Positions 1 through 12,666 of a DNA stretch of 64,000 nucleotides are shown piece after piece. The notes beneath the pieces were generated by a model, which saw only the letters and a list, made by a program, of their open reading frames with translations, was not told the origin of the DNA and did not search any database. The position numbers and the translations under genes are program-made. Numbering within the stretch: the stretch's first letter is position 1; the number at the start of each line of letters is the position of its first letter. The stretch comes from Octopus vulgaris (taxonomy: Eukaryota), in NCBI GenBank assembly GCA_951406725.2, contig OX597819.1, positions 52,948,001 to 53,012,000 of the forward strand, written 5' to 3'.

Positions 1-1374
1 AAATCTTAAAATCCCAACTTGCTTTAAGTAAGTATATTTAACAACCTCACAGCTAAACAAGCAAGTGACATACTGCTTCAAACATAAAACTGAATTTAAT
101 TCTAATTTATTTGTACAGTATATAGTTGAAAACTGGAATTCAAACACATGCCATAAAACAGGGTTTCCAGTTCTTCCTTGGAAGGCAAGTAGACAGGACC
201 AAATGAAATGAAAGCCATCTGCACTAGAATTAAATGTTGATGTGTTAAGGATTTATGAGAAAAAGCAATGGAAATTTTTTTGTCAGATTTGTAAATAAAG
301 AAGAAAGAAAACCAAAAGCAAAACCAAATTGGTATGTGTGTAAGATATATAAGGGACAGAGTGAATTGGAAAGAAAAATACCCAAGAGAAACTAACGTAT
401 TAGCAACATTATAACAGTAACTATAGTGCAGTAAATTGTTATAAGATCTAACAACATGTAACTAGTTGCATTAGCCTGAAATAGGAAAAGAGAATTTATC
501 TCTGAAAAGATGGAAAAGAGAAGGCAAATGGAAAAGGACAGACACCTCCCACATCATATTTCTCCTTTTCATGTGAAAATAACTTAAGCTAACTTCACTA
601 ACAATGTTACTTTATGGAGTAGAACACAGCATATTTTATTGGGTTTTTGGAGAATGACATTTAAATGGATATCACAAATAGTTAATCATTTTAGCTCTGG
701 CTTCAGTGTACAGTGCTATCTTAAACCAAGCTGGCAGGCAAATATGCACAGTGTCAATTAGTTTTTGTTTGTCTCCCCATCCCCCACAACTCCACTGTCA
801 ACCCCTCTCTTTCGTTAACTGCAACATGTGTTCTGTATTCAATCCTGGATTAATCTTCAACATTTGAATTTCATTGTATTTCCATGATATTTTTCAAAAT
901 AATTGTTTTAAAACTGTTCTGCCTTGACACCACAAACTAGAGGATTTTTCAAACTTTAAACTTAGCACAAAATGCTGGCACATATTCATTCCTTTTCTCC
1001 CTCTTTCATTCCCCTATTCATGTCTGCCTTCCATGCTACAGTATTTCACATCTATAACCTTGCACACACTTCTATCCCACACTCAACATACTTCTTGCCT
1101 TCTCTTTTACCTCACACTTGTACCTGTTCGTATCTCCTCACTTCCATGCTTTCCTCATACACACACACAAAATACGATATAATTACACACACAAACTCAC
1201 ACCTCATACCCCTACTAATCCATGCCATTATAGTATCACACTTGCACACCTTTACATATATGCAGATCACCAGAAACACCAAACACACACACCTCGCTCT
1301 TGCACATCTCAAAGCACAAATACACTCCTTTACATGCATACACACACACACGCCCCTCCTCCCTTCTTAACTCT

Positions 1375-1560
1375 CCTCCACTGAACTGCATTCCCATCTG
1401 GCCCTCAAAACCCCCATCCATTTCCTTTTTTTTTCTTTCTCTTTCAACCACTTCTTTCACACTCCTCCTATGCCTTTTTCTGATGAAGGACTGATACCTG
1501 AAATGTTAAGTCTCTTTGCTTTCTTTCTTTTACATGTTAAAACCTGTTCCTCAGTGTTGT
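1375..1560 (+). mobile_element. Degenerate Penelope-like element 3' remnant with minimal hammerhead-like core
   Basis: 1385-1409 reads T-A-F-P-S-G-[frameshift]-L-K, resembling the PLE GIY-YIG C-terminal TxxPxGLN motif. It is followed by CTGATGA-agg-actgata-cct-GAAA-tgtta at 1480-1508 and a pyrimidine-rich tail. Confidence 0.45.
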
Positions 1561-3589
1561 CTTTTTCTTTTTCTTTATTACATTTTCAATATATTTATTC
1601 CATTTATTTTTCAAACCTTTAATTTACAACTAAATTCATTTATTTACAGCTAATCATAACAATTTTTTCAGGTATTTAAATGAAAGTAAGTAGGATAAAA
1701 TATGATGGCACTGGTAAAACTTGAACCTTAGGATAATAGTGCAAAAATCTAAACAATATATTTAGATGCATCTTTCCTAAATCATTGCATCTCTGAATTT
1801 AGATCAAATAAGACTTTAAGGCAAATTCATAATCAAACTGGAGATTATCAAGTGAATTTATTAATGAGTTTATGAAGAGATGTACACTGAAAGATCTATT
1901 AACTTGCATCTGATTGAAATTTAGTATTCAGCATTTATAGATGCAATAGTATGAGTTTATTTTGGTTCTGGTAATGACAAAAGCCAAACTGTTCTATATA
2001 GTAGAGATTTATTAATCTCAGATATTCAATATTGCAAATCTGATCATAAATATTCAGCCATATAAGGAGAAATTTTCTGAGATTGGTCAGTTAACAATGG
2101 TGACCAGATTTTGAATGAGAGTTCTCCACATAATGAATTAAATGTATATCAACTATGACAGTAGCCTACTTAACAAGTGCTAGAATAATATACAATACTT
2201 CAATTACCTTCTCGCTAACAACAACATAAACTGGAATTAAACAGACCAAAACCAAATCTAATGCAATGATTAGGTCAACATTTTCCAAGCAATTAAATGT
2301 GCCTCTAAGCTTCCCCTATTGCAATAATTTAATCTTATCGAAGATGCCTTCACTGAATGCCAGCGTATTAAAGTGACACATTTGGATTGCCTTCGACTAG
2401 GAAAGTAGAAGTAAGTCATTAAAAGATGACCACTTGATAAAATAAGAAAGGCGATGATACAGTTCAACTTTAAAGTGAACCGTTCGACAAACAGCGAATA
2501 TTATTAACCTTCAGTAGACAAGCAATGATCTCCTCTTAATGATAGACAAAAAGGTGACTAATTAACCATATGACTATTCTCTCAATTACTAATCCATCAA
2601 TTAGAGTTGTTAATACACAAAAGTAGATCAGTATTTCAGTATTTTAAAGAGGTGTGAAGATTAAAAACAACAACAAAACAAGATACATTTGAAATGAAGA
2701 CAAAATCAAATAAGAACGAAAAAACTAATGGTGTGTGTGTGTGTGAGGGAGGAGAAAGAGAGAGGTGAAGAAAAGTAAGAGAATGAGAGAACAAAAGACA
2801 GAAAATGTTCCAGTTTTTCATTGCAATCAAATCTTATTTTACCACTTAAATCATTCTAAGAATGACCTGCTGCCTTTATGCAGAGTTTCAGAGAAAATCT
2901 CGTGCAGCAATTGTTAGTAACAGTGAATTTACTGATAAAAATCTTCTAAGATTTCAGTACTTTATTTGAATGTCAGCAAGTATAATCATTTCAGCTAAAT
3001 AGAAGTGAATCTCTAAAAGTGATTAAAAAAAACATGTTAGCTATTTGAAGAATCAAATAAATCTTTCCATGTGTTACTTTTCAATGAAATCACTGGCTTC
3101 TTCAGATACAAAACATATTTGTTTGCATGGAAAAATAGCTTTCAATGGGAGGGGGAAAAACAGAAAAGTTTCAAAAATTGTATTTAAAAATTACAAAAAA
3201 AACTGTAATTTCTCTTTATTTACCTAGGGACTGTTAAACTAATCAATTAAATTTTAATAAATAGAATAGTATTGACACCAATGAAATAAACTTATTGACC
3301 TTTCTATAAGAATCAGCAATAGACAAAATAAAAACAAAATAACATAGCAATGAAGTATTTGGAGATTTTAAAACTTTAAATCTATTCACACAAGAAATAT
3401 TATCCACTGGTGACAATAAAATTCCAAATAGATTTATAATTTTAATAAGCATTATGCAACTTAATTTTAATTGAGTCTTATAAAAATAAAATCATATTGT
3501 TTAATGCTTATGGTGATAGAAGTTACATAGAAGTTACGAGTTCTAATCTGGCCATTAATCTTTGTAAAACAATATCTTTCGATTCTCAA

Positions 3590-3800
3590 TCTCGTCATTA
3601 TTTTTCCGCCCATTTTTCCATGCCAAAAAGGACCAGCTGGTGCTGTAATATGGTATTTCTCTGTGTCAAACACTCTCAAATGAAACCTAATCATCTGTTC
3701 CTGTCTCTTCCCAGGTCTACTTTCACCCAGATTCATGATGTGTATTTTTCTACACTGCATTCATCATTGATATACATTACCTGTCCATGCAGGCCCATTG
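3590..3800 (-). mobile_element. Highly decayed RTE-type LINE 3' end
   Basis: The minus strand encodes GESRPGKRQEQMIRFHL, similar to the RTE ORF C-terminal GRGRPRKTW..V..DL. It is followed by ggcatggaaaaatgggcggaaaaataatgacg, resembling the family 3' tail. Confidence 0.4.
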
Positions 3801-4134
3801 CCAGATGCTGGTGCCTGGGGGTGCTTCAGAATATTCTGGGTGGGCATTAATTTGTAACAATGCTAGAGTAGAGTTTCGAAATAAGTGTACCACTGAATTG
3901 AGAGTGGGGTTAGTGCAATCCATTGCACCCCTTTAGTGATGGGTATGTGGCCATGACAATATAATCTACTCTGTTGCATATATTAGGCAATGATTTTGCT
4001 GTCCAGCAAACCAATCTGCACCAAAGCCTTCATGTAAAAGCCACCTCTCATAACCCCAACTTTATTAATGGGCTAACAAAATCTGTGTGCGAGCACATAT
4101 GCACACTCATGCACATGGAGGTACACATGTGGTG

Positions 4135-4288
4135 AGTGCCATCTTAGAGCATGGACACAGTGAGCAGTTGCCCAAGGCAATTCTGGATCTAGAGGTCCAA
4201 TACTAATTTCTGTATGCAGTGGTTGTGCATGTAGGTACCCCAGTGTATTGGTTTGCCTGGGGGTCTATAATTCTCTTAAGATGCTCCT
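4135..4288. mobile_element. Degenerate MITE (possibly PIF/Harbinger-type)
   Basis: Imperfect terminal inverted repeats agtgccatctta / taagatgctcct bound a ~150-bp, GC-richer island. Confidence 0.35.
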
Positions 4289-4445
4289 ATATGTAATAGA
4301 GTTTATTTACTTATTTGGATTCACTTTCACTATTCAGAGTTTCTCACTATATGTAATATACCATGTGCCATCATTTTGTTGTACAAACAATTGCACATTA
4401 CAAGAAACTGAGCAATGACAGAGTAAATTATCTGCTTCTATACAA

Positions 4446-4506
<61 letters not shown>

Positions 4507-4958
4507 CTGACAGACAGAGACAAGACAGGGGATATCTGTGTACAACTTGAAAACCACTGATCCACTGGTTTTACTGAGCCTCTGGACTGTCCAATTCCTC
4601 AATGAAGCTTCACCCTATAAACTTCAAACGATCTCTTTCACTTAGAGGTAGTACTACATAGTATACTCTAACACCTGATATTCATTTGTTTTATTACAAT
4701 TGCTCAATGCTAGCATGAATCATAATGGGTCTTATTTGGGGTAGCATTTTATAACCAGATACCCTGCCTGTTGCCAACTCTTACTTGTATTTTTCTTCAA
4801 AGAAAGGGATTGCTTTAATTCCGTAGGTTATTGAAAGTGCAGTAACTTATGTCAACAAAGAATGTAAACATAATGTCACAGGTTTTCTCAGGTTAATACT
4901 TGCATGCATAGATATCAATAATATATATATATACACACACACATACACACACACACAC

Positions 4959-5328
4959 CTTTTATCTTTTACTTATTTCAATCCTCAGGCTGCAGTCATC
5001 CTAGGGAGAATTTTTTGAATCAACACCCATACTTATATTTTCTTTTAAGCTTGGTACTTATTCTATCAGTCTCTTTTGCTGAACTACTAAGGAACATAGA
5101 CACACCAGTACCAGTTCTCAAGTAGTGATAGGGGACAAACACAGACACAAAGATACACACACACACATACAATGATCATCTTTCAATTTCCATCTATGAA
5201 ATCCACTCACAAAGCTTTGGCCTACCTGAGGCTATAGCAGAAGATAGGTGTCCAAGGTGCCACATAGTGGGACTGAACCAAGAATCATGTGGGTGGGAAG
5301 CAAGCTTTTTACCACACAGCCATACCTG
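4959..5328 (-). mobile_element. Octopus tRNA-derived SINE, family A (CORE-like gtggcaccttgggcaagt segment), near full length
   Basis: Reverse complement of the consensus seen at 42080-42457 (head ...accacacagccatacctg, internal CA repeat, tail tttatcttttactt). Confidence 0.85.
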
Positions 5329-5331
5329 TTC

Positions 5332-5381
<50 letters not shown>

Positions 5382-5691
5382 CACACACAAGCATATAAAC
5401 ATGCATGAACAAATACATATATATATAGACACACATATACAATGGGCTCTCATGCAGTTGTTTTCCACTCAATGAATTTGGTCAGCCTGGAGCTATAATA
5501 GAAGTCACTTGCCTAAGGTGTCACGGAACTATGTAGTTACAAAGCAATAGTCTTAACGATGCAGATATGTTTGCAGTAATGTATATGCACACAAAAATAT
5601 AAAAGTGACAATAGATAAACATATCAATTCATTTTTATTTGAATTTTGAAATATTTTAAACAAGTCTTCATCATAATTCTTTAATTTGAGT

Positions 5692-5734
<43 letters not shown>

Positions 5735-5984
5735 TTAATTACCTTAACAAGATAAGCCTAAAGACAGATATGAGATAAAAAGAGAAAAAAAAACAAATAT
5801 TTGCCAAATAGATATAGAATCCTAAAAGCACTTTAAATATAAAGAAATCCACTTTTCCAGATTTTTAATTTCACACCGGATTAGACATCAAAGAATAAAG
5901 AAACATTATATTGTTTTAAAACCACAGTAATAACAAAATCGTAAAATGTGTATAGTGTCACAATTATTCACTAAACTAGAGTGG

Positions 5985-6392
5985 GCGTATATGCGCATGT
6001 ATGTATATGTAAGTATGTGTGTGTGTGTATATATATGTGTGTGTATATGTATGTCTATATATACGTGTATATATAAATACATGTGTATGTATATGTATGC
6101 ATGTGTAGATATGTATATATATATATATATGTATATACATATACACATATGCATGTATATGTATGTATGTGTGTGTGTATATATATATATCATCATCATT
6201 TAACGTCCGCTTTCCATGCTAGCATGGGTTGGACATATATATATATATGTATATACATATATATATGCATGTATATGTGTGTATATATGCATGTATATGT
6301 ATATATATATATGTATATATATGCACATATACATATGTATATATATATGCACACACACACGTGTGTGTATGTATGTATGAATATATATATGT
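5985..6392. repeat. Compound (TA)/(TG)/(CA) low-complexity tract
   Basis: Direct inspection. It is the source of several spurious Y/I/M/C-rich ORFs. Confidence 0.95.
6189..6234 (-). mobile_element. RTE-LINE 3' tail, extremely 5'-truncated, inside a TA microsatellite
   Basis: catcatcatttaacgtccgctttccatgctagcatgggttggac is the reverse complement of the family tail. Confidence 0.8.
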
Positions 6393-7370
6393 GTTGCAAG
6401 TATATAAAACAAATACTGTGTAGTTGAGGGAAAAGGTAGGAAAGAAATAAATATTAAGTTAAATTATTGCTGTCATGTTTAAACTTGAAAGGGAAATTTC
6501 TTAATGTCACAGAGAGATACGCTCTGACTAGAGTAGGTTTTGCTGCATATAGTGAAGTGAAGCATTAGGGACAAATGCAGGAGATAAATAGAAAAAAAAA
6601 AGACAAAAAGCTGATATCTATCTTCCAGTGTAAAACAGCAGAAACGTTGCAGTGTCAAATTAGATTGTTTCTAAATACTAGAGGATGAAGTGGGTCAATG
6701 AAAATAAGTAAAATAAACGTTTTCACGTGGAAATATAAGGATATGCCATAGATACAGGAAAGAAGGCTGAACCATAATGGTGGGTGGTGACAGCTATTAG
6801 ACTGACAACAGAAAATCATGTAAGTCTTGAGAAGATTTACCATTGTTGCTAAGAAATAGAAGTATTATAACAAATTACAATTAACTCAGAGAAGAAATTT
6901 AAGGATGTTCTTGGAAAACAGTTTTAATGTTCCATAAAATAAAAAATTAAAAAATCAGGCAGTTTCAAAGGAAAGGAAATAATTCCAAGAAAGGTACTTG
7001 CCATAAAAGTGCACAAGTATTTTGCAACCTGCACACAAAGTTTGGGGTATACATTTTATTAGGGAGTTGGGTGAAACTTTTGCAATATAATACCATGTTT
7101 TATACAAGCCCATAATCTTAATCTTGGCTTTGTTGAGAAAAAAATATGCATATTGTATATAGAGTTTTATGGTAGTTTATGTAATAATAATAAGGAGCAC
7201 TAAGACAAGCAGAGTACCATTTTGATTAAAAGAACACTGAACAGAGTAAATAGCTAGAAAAATATAGCATTTATTAGAACTCAGCTCATTTGGCAGATTA
7301 GGGGAACTTGAGATGAACATTACCAAGAACCTGCAGAAAAAATTAGAATATGATATTCTAAAATGTATTA

Positions 7371-7489
7371 TTAACCCTTTAAATACTGAACCCCTGAACA
7401 TCACTAGCCTATAAAAGTTGACCACTCAAGTTCCTCCTATAGAACATCAACAATCCCAAAACCAGCTGCTCATATTTAAAAGGGCTGAA
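7371..7489. mobile_element. Degenerate TTAA-type (piggyBac-like) MITE
   Basis: Starts TTAA-CCCTTTAAATA and ends TATTTAAAAGGG-ctgaa (inverted termini, right TSD decayed). Confidence 0.4.
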
Positions 7490-7954
7490 TTCAAACTTGG
7501 TATATATGTATTTCAAGGATAAGCTACTGACGACAGTAGCTTATAAAATTAATTATGTCATTCTTGCTTTTCCTCATATTCACTGAAAATTACAGAGAAG
7601 AGGACAGCCATATGAGTTGTTTGAAGAATACATAGTAGCATTGAATAGAATGTCTTGTGGTATTCTCAGTTTACATCTTGCCATAGTAAACTTCACCTTT
7701 CATTCTTTCAGGGTCGATTTTTAAAAAAAACCACCAAGCAAGGGTTTTGGGCTTATCATTACTGTTACACAGTTGAATGGATGAGCTATTTCAGTTCTTA
7801 GTCTTCTGACAGCAATGCATGTAACAAGGCCATGGAAATTATACAAGTTATTAAAATGCTAAGCAGCTGGAAAATATCTCAATCATTGGTTTGGTCAAAG
7901 ACTAACAGAAATTTTCTCTCAATGCTCAAGTCATGGCTGCATTTCTAAAAAAAC

Positions 7955-8095
7955 TCACTTTACAACCACATGGTTTCAGTTTCAGTCCTTTTGTGTGGCA
8001 CCTTGGGCAAGTTTCTTCTTCTATAACCCTGGCCAAGTAATCCCTTGTGAGTGAATTTGGTAGATGAAAACTTAAGTGGAAGCCTGTCATTCATA
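7955..8095 (+). mobile_element. SINE family A 5' fragment
   Basis: caaccacatggtttcagtttcagtcc...gtggcaccttgggcaagt...gtgagtgaatttggtagatg. Confidence 0.75.
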
Positions 8096-8159
8096 TACAT
8101 ATATATATATATATATAACGGGAAGCTTTATGAAAATAAACAAAAGACGAAGGCAGGTG

Positions 8160-8234
<75 letters not shown>

Positions 8235-8255
8235 TATATATGTATGTATATATAT

Positions 8256-8430
8256 ATATGTCATTTAGCGATAGAAGTTCCCATACAATTCATCAAATCC
8301 TAATATACATCACACCATATCATAGAATTTTATTTTAATACTTACTATTTCAGTTCCAAAATTCTCTTCTACAAATCCTATATTAGAATTTGATGAATTG
8401 CATGGGGACTTCTTTCTCTAAATGACATAT
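8256..8430. repeat. 52-bp inverted repeat with 71-nt spacer
   Basis: 8256-8307 is the reverse complement of 8379-8430 with 5 mismatches. Confidence 0.9.
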
Positions 8431-8535
8431 ATTTCCTTATCAAGAATAATTCAATTTATTTGAATCCCTGTGACGCCGGAATTTTTATTCCCTAATTAAT
8501 ATATAAATAAAATAATATATGTATGTATACATATT

Positions 8536-8910
8536 ATCATCATCATTTAACGTCCTTTTTCCATGCTGGAATGGGTTGGACAGTTTGACAGAAGCTGCTC
8601 AGTCTCCATGTCTCTTTTGGCATGGTTTCTGTGGTTGGCTGCCCTTCCTAATGCCAACCACTTTACAGAGTGTATTAGGTGCTTTTATGCAGCACTGGCA
8701 CAGGTGCTTTTTATGTGGCACCAGCACTTACAAGCCTGCAAGATTAGGGATATTCAGCTGGAGAGGATTGTAATGAATGAGCCTGTATGCAAGGGCAACC
8801 ACACTTTTACTTAGCTTGATGTATCTTTTTCAAGCACAACAAATCGCCAGCAGCTTCAGTCCCCTGTCATCCCTTCTGCAAGTCCCAACATTTGTAGATC
8901 CTTTTTCACC
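8536..8910 (-). mobile_element. RTE-type LINE 3' fragment with ORF C-terminus
   Basis: Minus strand 8910-8810 reads VKKDLQMLGLAEGMTGD*SCWRFVVLEK...AK*, then a 3'UTR and the (GAT)n tail at 8536-8580. Confidence 0.75.
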
Positions 8911-8929
8911 ATGCATATGTGTGTATCTT

Positions 8930-9135
8930 TGTGCTTGTCCCCTCCCTTCCAACTGCTTGATAACAGGTGTTAGTTTGTTTGCATTCCTACAATTTAGTGA
9001 TTCAGCCAAAAAAAGGCAATAGAATAAGTGCCAGACTTAAAAGCTAAGTTCTAGGTTTGACTTGTTCAACTGAACCCTTCGGTGAGGAGCTCCAGCATGA
9101 CTACAGTCCAACTGACTGAAACGAGATAAAAGATA
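8930..9135 (+). mobile_element. SINE family A 3' half
   Basis: ctgcttgataacaggtgtt...agaataagtgccag...ctccagcatgactacagtcc...tgactgaaacgagataaaagata. Confidence 0.7.
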
Positions 9136-9249
9136 ACAATTTCAGTGTACCACTTAAGAACTTAGAGCACAATGAGATGGAAATACCACAAGGCACCTGG
9201 TATAATGTAACAATCCACCCAATTCAAGACCCTGGATTGATGTTTTATT

Positions 9250-9372
9250 TTACTGACCCAGAAAAAAATAAGAGAAAAAGTTGACCTCAGCTGGATTTGA
9301 ACTGAGAGAACAGAGAACTGGGGCAAATACTGCAAGACATTTTATCCTATGTGCTGATGATTCTGTCAATTC
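9250..9372 (-). mobile_element. SINE family B fragment
   Basis: aaagttgacctcagctggatttgaactgag... is the reverse complement of the B-box region of the 11717 copy. Confidence 0.6.
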
Positions 9373-10717
9373 ATACAAGACACGAGGACAAACAGGCAAC
9401 GAACATGAAAAATAAGAAAATTGTATAATGTCGGTTGTTGATTCCAATTTCCTTAAACCAGTGTGTAATATATAGTAAGATCAACTTAAGGATTTAGAGC
9501 AGAAATTTGCAAATGTGTGGGTTTTTTCATTGATTTCTTACATTTTTATTTATTTATTTATTTAGCAACAAATTGTAATTGAATTTAACAAGTTCTTCCA
9601 CGATTTGATTTCAATTACTTCTTGGCCACATCAAATGAACAGACAAACAGGCATACAAGCAAACCAAAACACATACATACACATACACTGAGATATATAT
9701 GAAAGACAAATGGATAGCAATCAAATGACGTCCATTAAAGAATTTGGTTCTATACAGTGCCAGGAATCGGTGTTTACTGCCTTGTGTCTACTAAACTTAC
9801 AAGCCTATAATGGAATCTATTACAACACATTTCCGCCATGTTGCCACCCTTTCCCAGTCAGAACAGCAATATTATACCATAAGAAATAATTTATTTCCTT
9901 GACCATTGACCAAAACACACTTCACTCGGCTATCAGACTTACAGCCCTTTATTTCCTCAGGGATCAAAATACTTAAAACTTGAAGCAAACATTGTCGGAC
10001 AACATTTTATATTTATCAGGAGAATTCCAGTCTAGTGAAAAGTACAAGTTTCAGTAGAGAAGACTTTCTTTTGAACATCCGGACTTCAAAAGTGATTGCA
10101 ATTCCAATGCGAAGAAGAGAAAAGCATTTATTTAGCTTAAACGCATATTATTCTACTTCAACAGAAGGCCTAACAACTAAGAGTCTCATTACAAACTGGT
10201 GTTCATCTGAACATGTGTATGTATGTGTTTGTGTGCGTGTCTCAATATATGTGTGAGTGTGTGTGCTAGTGTATGTGTGCACACGCATGCCTGCACACAT
10301 GTAAGTGTACATTTACTTAAACCAAAAAGTAGAATCTCAAGACAAACAAGAATATGTAGGTGAAATTATATTACCTACTTGTGCTGAGATTGATTTCTGA
10401 TAACAGGGATTTACAGAGCCGGCCAATAGTTCAAGCAGATAAGCTTCTTCAAATTACATGCATATACAAGCAGCAGTATTTATAGCATGTATTGATTGGT
10501 CAGTCAATGTTCCAATATTACTTATAGACCAGTATATACTCATGTTGAAATTTTAAGGGTTCCTCATCTGTAGTTAAGGGTAGCTAATATGACAGAAATG
10601 AAAACCAAAGAGCCTTAAAGCAGCCTGTATCTGTGTTATATGGAAATTGTATTTTCACTCAAGTGAGCTAGAAGTCGATATGTAATATTCACTTTCCCCA
10701 CAAGAAAAAAAAAAAAG

Positions 10718-10754
<37 letters not shown>

Positions 10755-11716
10755 AGAGAAGTATGAATATATTTGTGTGTTGCTCTTGGAAGCAAGACAT
10801 AGATATCACATGATTAAGAAGAAACGAATAAATATATGGAAATAAAACGAAAATAGAAAACCAAAACCTACTCAATATATATTTCCTACAAAGATAACTA
10901 CACATCTATGGCACACACTTTTGACAGCAAATGTGATAGGAAGGTGGTGGTTGGCAGCATGCTTCTTTTTTTATTAATTACCCCACCCCCTTCCTTACAT
11001 ATGAATCTAACTAAACTAAAATCAATACCTATTATTTTTATCTAATTTTTCATACAGAAAGATTAAATTTTCTTCATTCAGCTTTATCTCAGGAAGTTTG
11101 TTAAATGATTTATGGAAAATATCAAAACTAAAATAAATAAATAAATAAATAAATAAAAATATAAAGTACATAAAAACATGTAGAACTTCTTCTGGCTTAA
11201 AAATATTACTACAAAAAAATAAACTGAAATAACTTTCTTGGTAAGTATGAGCCCAAATGATGTGATCACCAGCACTAACAATTATATTTGACTTGATTTA
11301 ATTATTTAAACACAGTAAATAAAATAACAACAAGCTGGAAAGTAAGTGTATATAAAATAGCTATTATGACTAAATTATTAAAACTTCATTGATTGCTAGT
11401 TTGTAATCTATCTATTGAGTAATAGCTTGTTATCGTTACTTGTAACATCATCATCAAAATGTGTGTGCTTGTGTATTTGTGTACATGTGTGTTTAAACTG
11501 ATGCTGGCTGAAAAATCTGAAGTTAAACAGCAAGTTAATTATCTTGGAAAATGGCTTGGTTCTCTTTGAAACAATGCTTAACAATGCTTATTAAAGACAT
11601 GGTTATCTTATAACAAATAAAATACTAAGAAAATCTTCTTTTCATTGTTTATTAGTTAGGTGCAGGCACAGCGATATCGTTAAGACGCTTGCTTTAAATT
11701 ACAAGGTTTCTTGTAA

Positions 11717-11945
11717 GGCGGCGAGCTGGTAGAAACGTTAGCATGCTGGGCGAAATGCGTAGCCCTATTTCGTCTGCCATTACATTCTGAGTTCAAATTC
11801 TGCCGAGGTCGACTTTGCCTTTCATCCTTTTAGGGTCGATAAATTAAATACCAGTTACACACTGGAGTCGATATAATTGACTTAATCCATTTGTCCTTGT
11901 TTGTCCCCTCTGTGTTTAGCCACTTGTGGTTAGTAAAGAAATAGG
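11717..11945 (+). mobile_element. Octopus tRNA-derived SINE family B (~230-270 bp), young full-length copy
   Basis: ggcggcgagctggtagaaacgttagc (A-box-like), gagttcaaattc (B box), gcctttcatcctttt-agggtcgataaa central domain and tail gtaaagaaatagg. CpGs are retained. Confidence 0.9.
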
Positions 11946-12008
11946 TTCAGTCCCTTGGGCAAGTGTGCTCTGCTACAGCCTTAGGATGATTAATGCGTGG
12001 TAATGAAA

Positions 12009-12012
<4 letters not shown>

Positions 12013-12098
<86 letters not shown>
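12013..12098. repeat. Perfect (TG)n microsatellite, ~43 units
   Basis: Direct inspection. Confidence 0.98.
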
Positions 12099-12101
<3 letters not shown>

Positions 12102-12419
12102 ACGCATGCCTGTCTGTCTATCTTTGTATTTGTCCCACCACCACTACCCCTGATTACTTGCCAACTGGTGTTGGTTTGTTACTGTCATATGTAACTTAAC
12201 AGTTTGGTAAAAGATTCTGATAAGAACCAGATTTCAAAAAAAAAAAAAAAAATAAGGAAAAAAGGGTACTGGGGTTAATTTCTTTGACTAAACACTCCAG
12301 GACAATGCCCTAGCATGTCCATAATCCAATGACTGAAACAAATATAAGATAAAGTTAAACAGCCACCCACTGCTGAAAATTTGTTGCCAAGAGCAACTTG
12401 ACCCCTACCATTATAATGA

Positions 12420-12562
12420 CAACAAGCAGGGGTATTGGTTTAACGCTCAGGAAAGTGAAAAAGTCCTTTACATTTCGAACCTACACTCTTCAGAAAGGAA
12501 TAAGAGAAAATAAACAGAGAGAGAATAAAAACATCTTGTGGATTTAGTGATCAAGCATGGCG
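12420..12562 (-). mobile_element. Penelope-like terminal-repeat remnant with minimal hammerhead-like core
   Basis: Minus strand: tccttt-CTGAAGA-gtgtaggttc-GAAA-tgt-aaagga. A possibly related piece lies at 8117-8163. Confidence 0.5.
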
Positions 12563-12580
12563 ACTGGTATATTATATATA

Positions 12581-12652
12581 TAAGGAGATACTGAAAGTTC
12601 CTGGCTTTGGGTAAAAGGAAATACAGGAGGATCAGTTAATTATGATTTTATA
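12581..12652 (+). mobile_element. Mariner/Tc1-type terminal fragment in a TA tract
   Basis: ta-aggagatactgaaagttcctggctttgggtaaa resembles the (TA)CGAGGG...GAAAAGTTCC mariner TIR. It is flanked by TA repeats. Confidence 0.5.
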
Positions 12653-12666
12653 TATATATATATATG

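Larger units (their letters stand above)
11659..12352 (+). mobile_element. SINE family A interrupted by a nested family B SINE
   Basis: Head ggtgcaggcacag... to ~11714, resumes at 11946 (ttcagtcccttgggcaagtg), carries a long TG repeat and ends gactgaaacaaatataagataaa. Confidence 0.75.
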
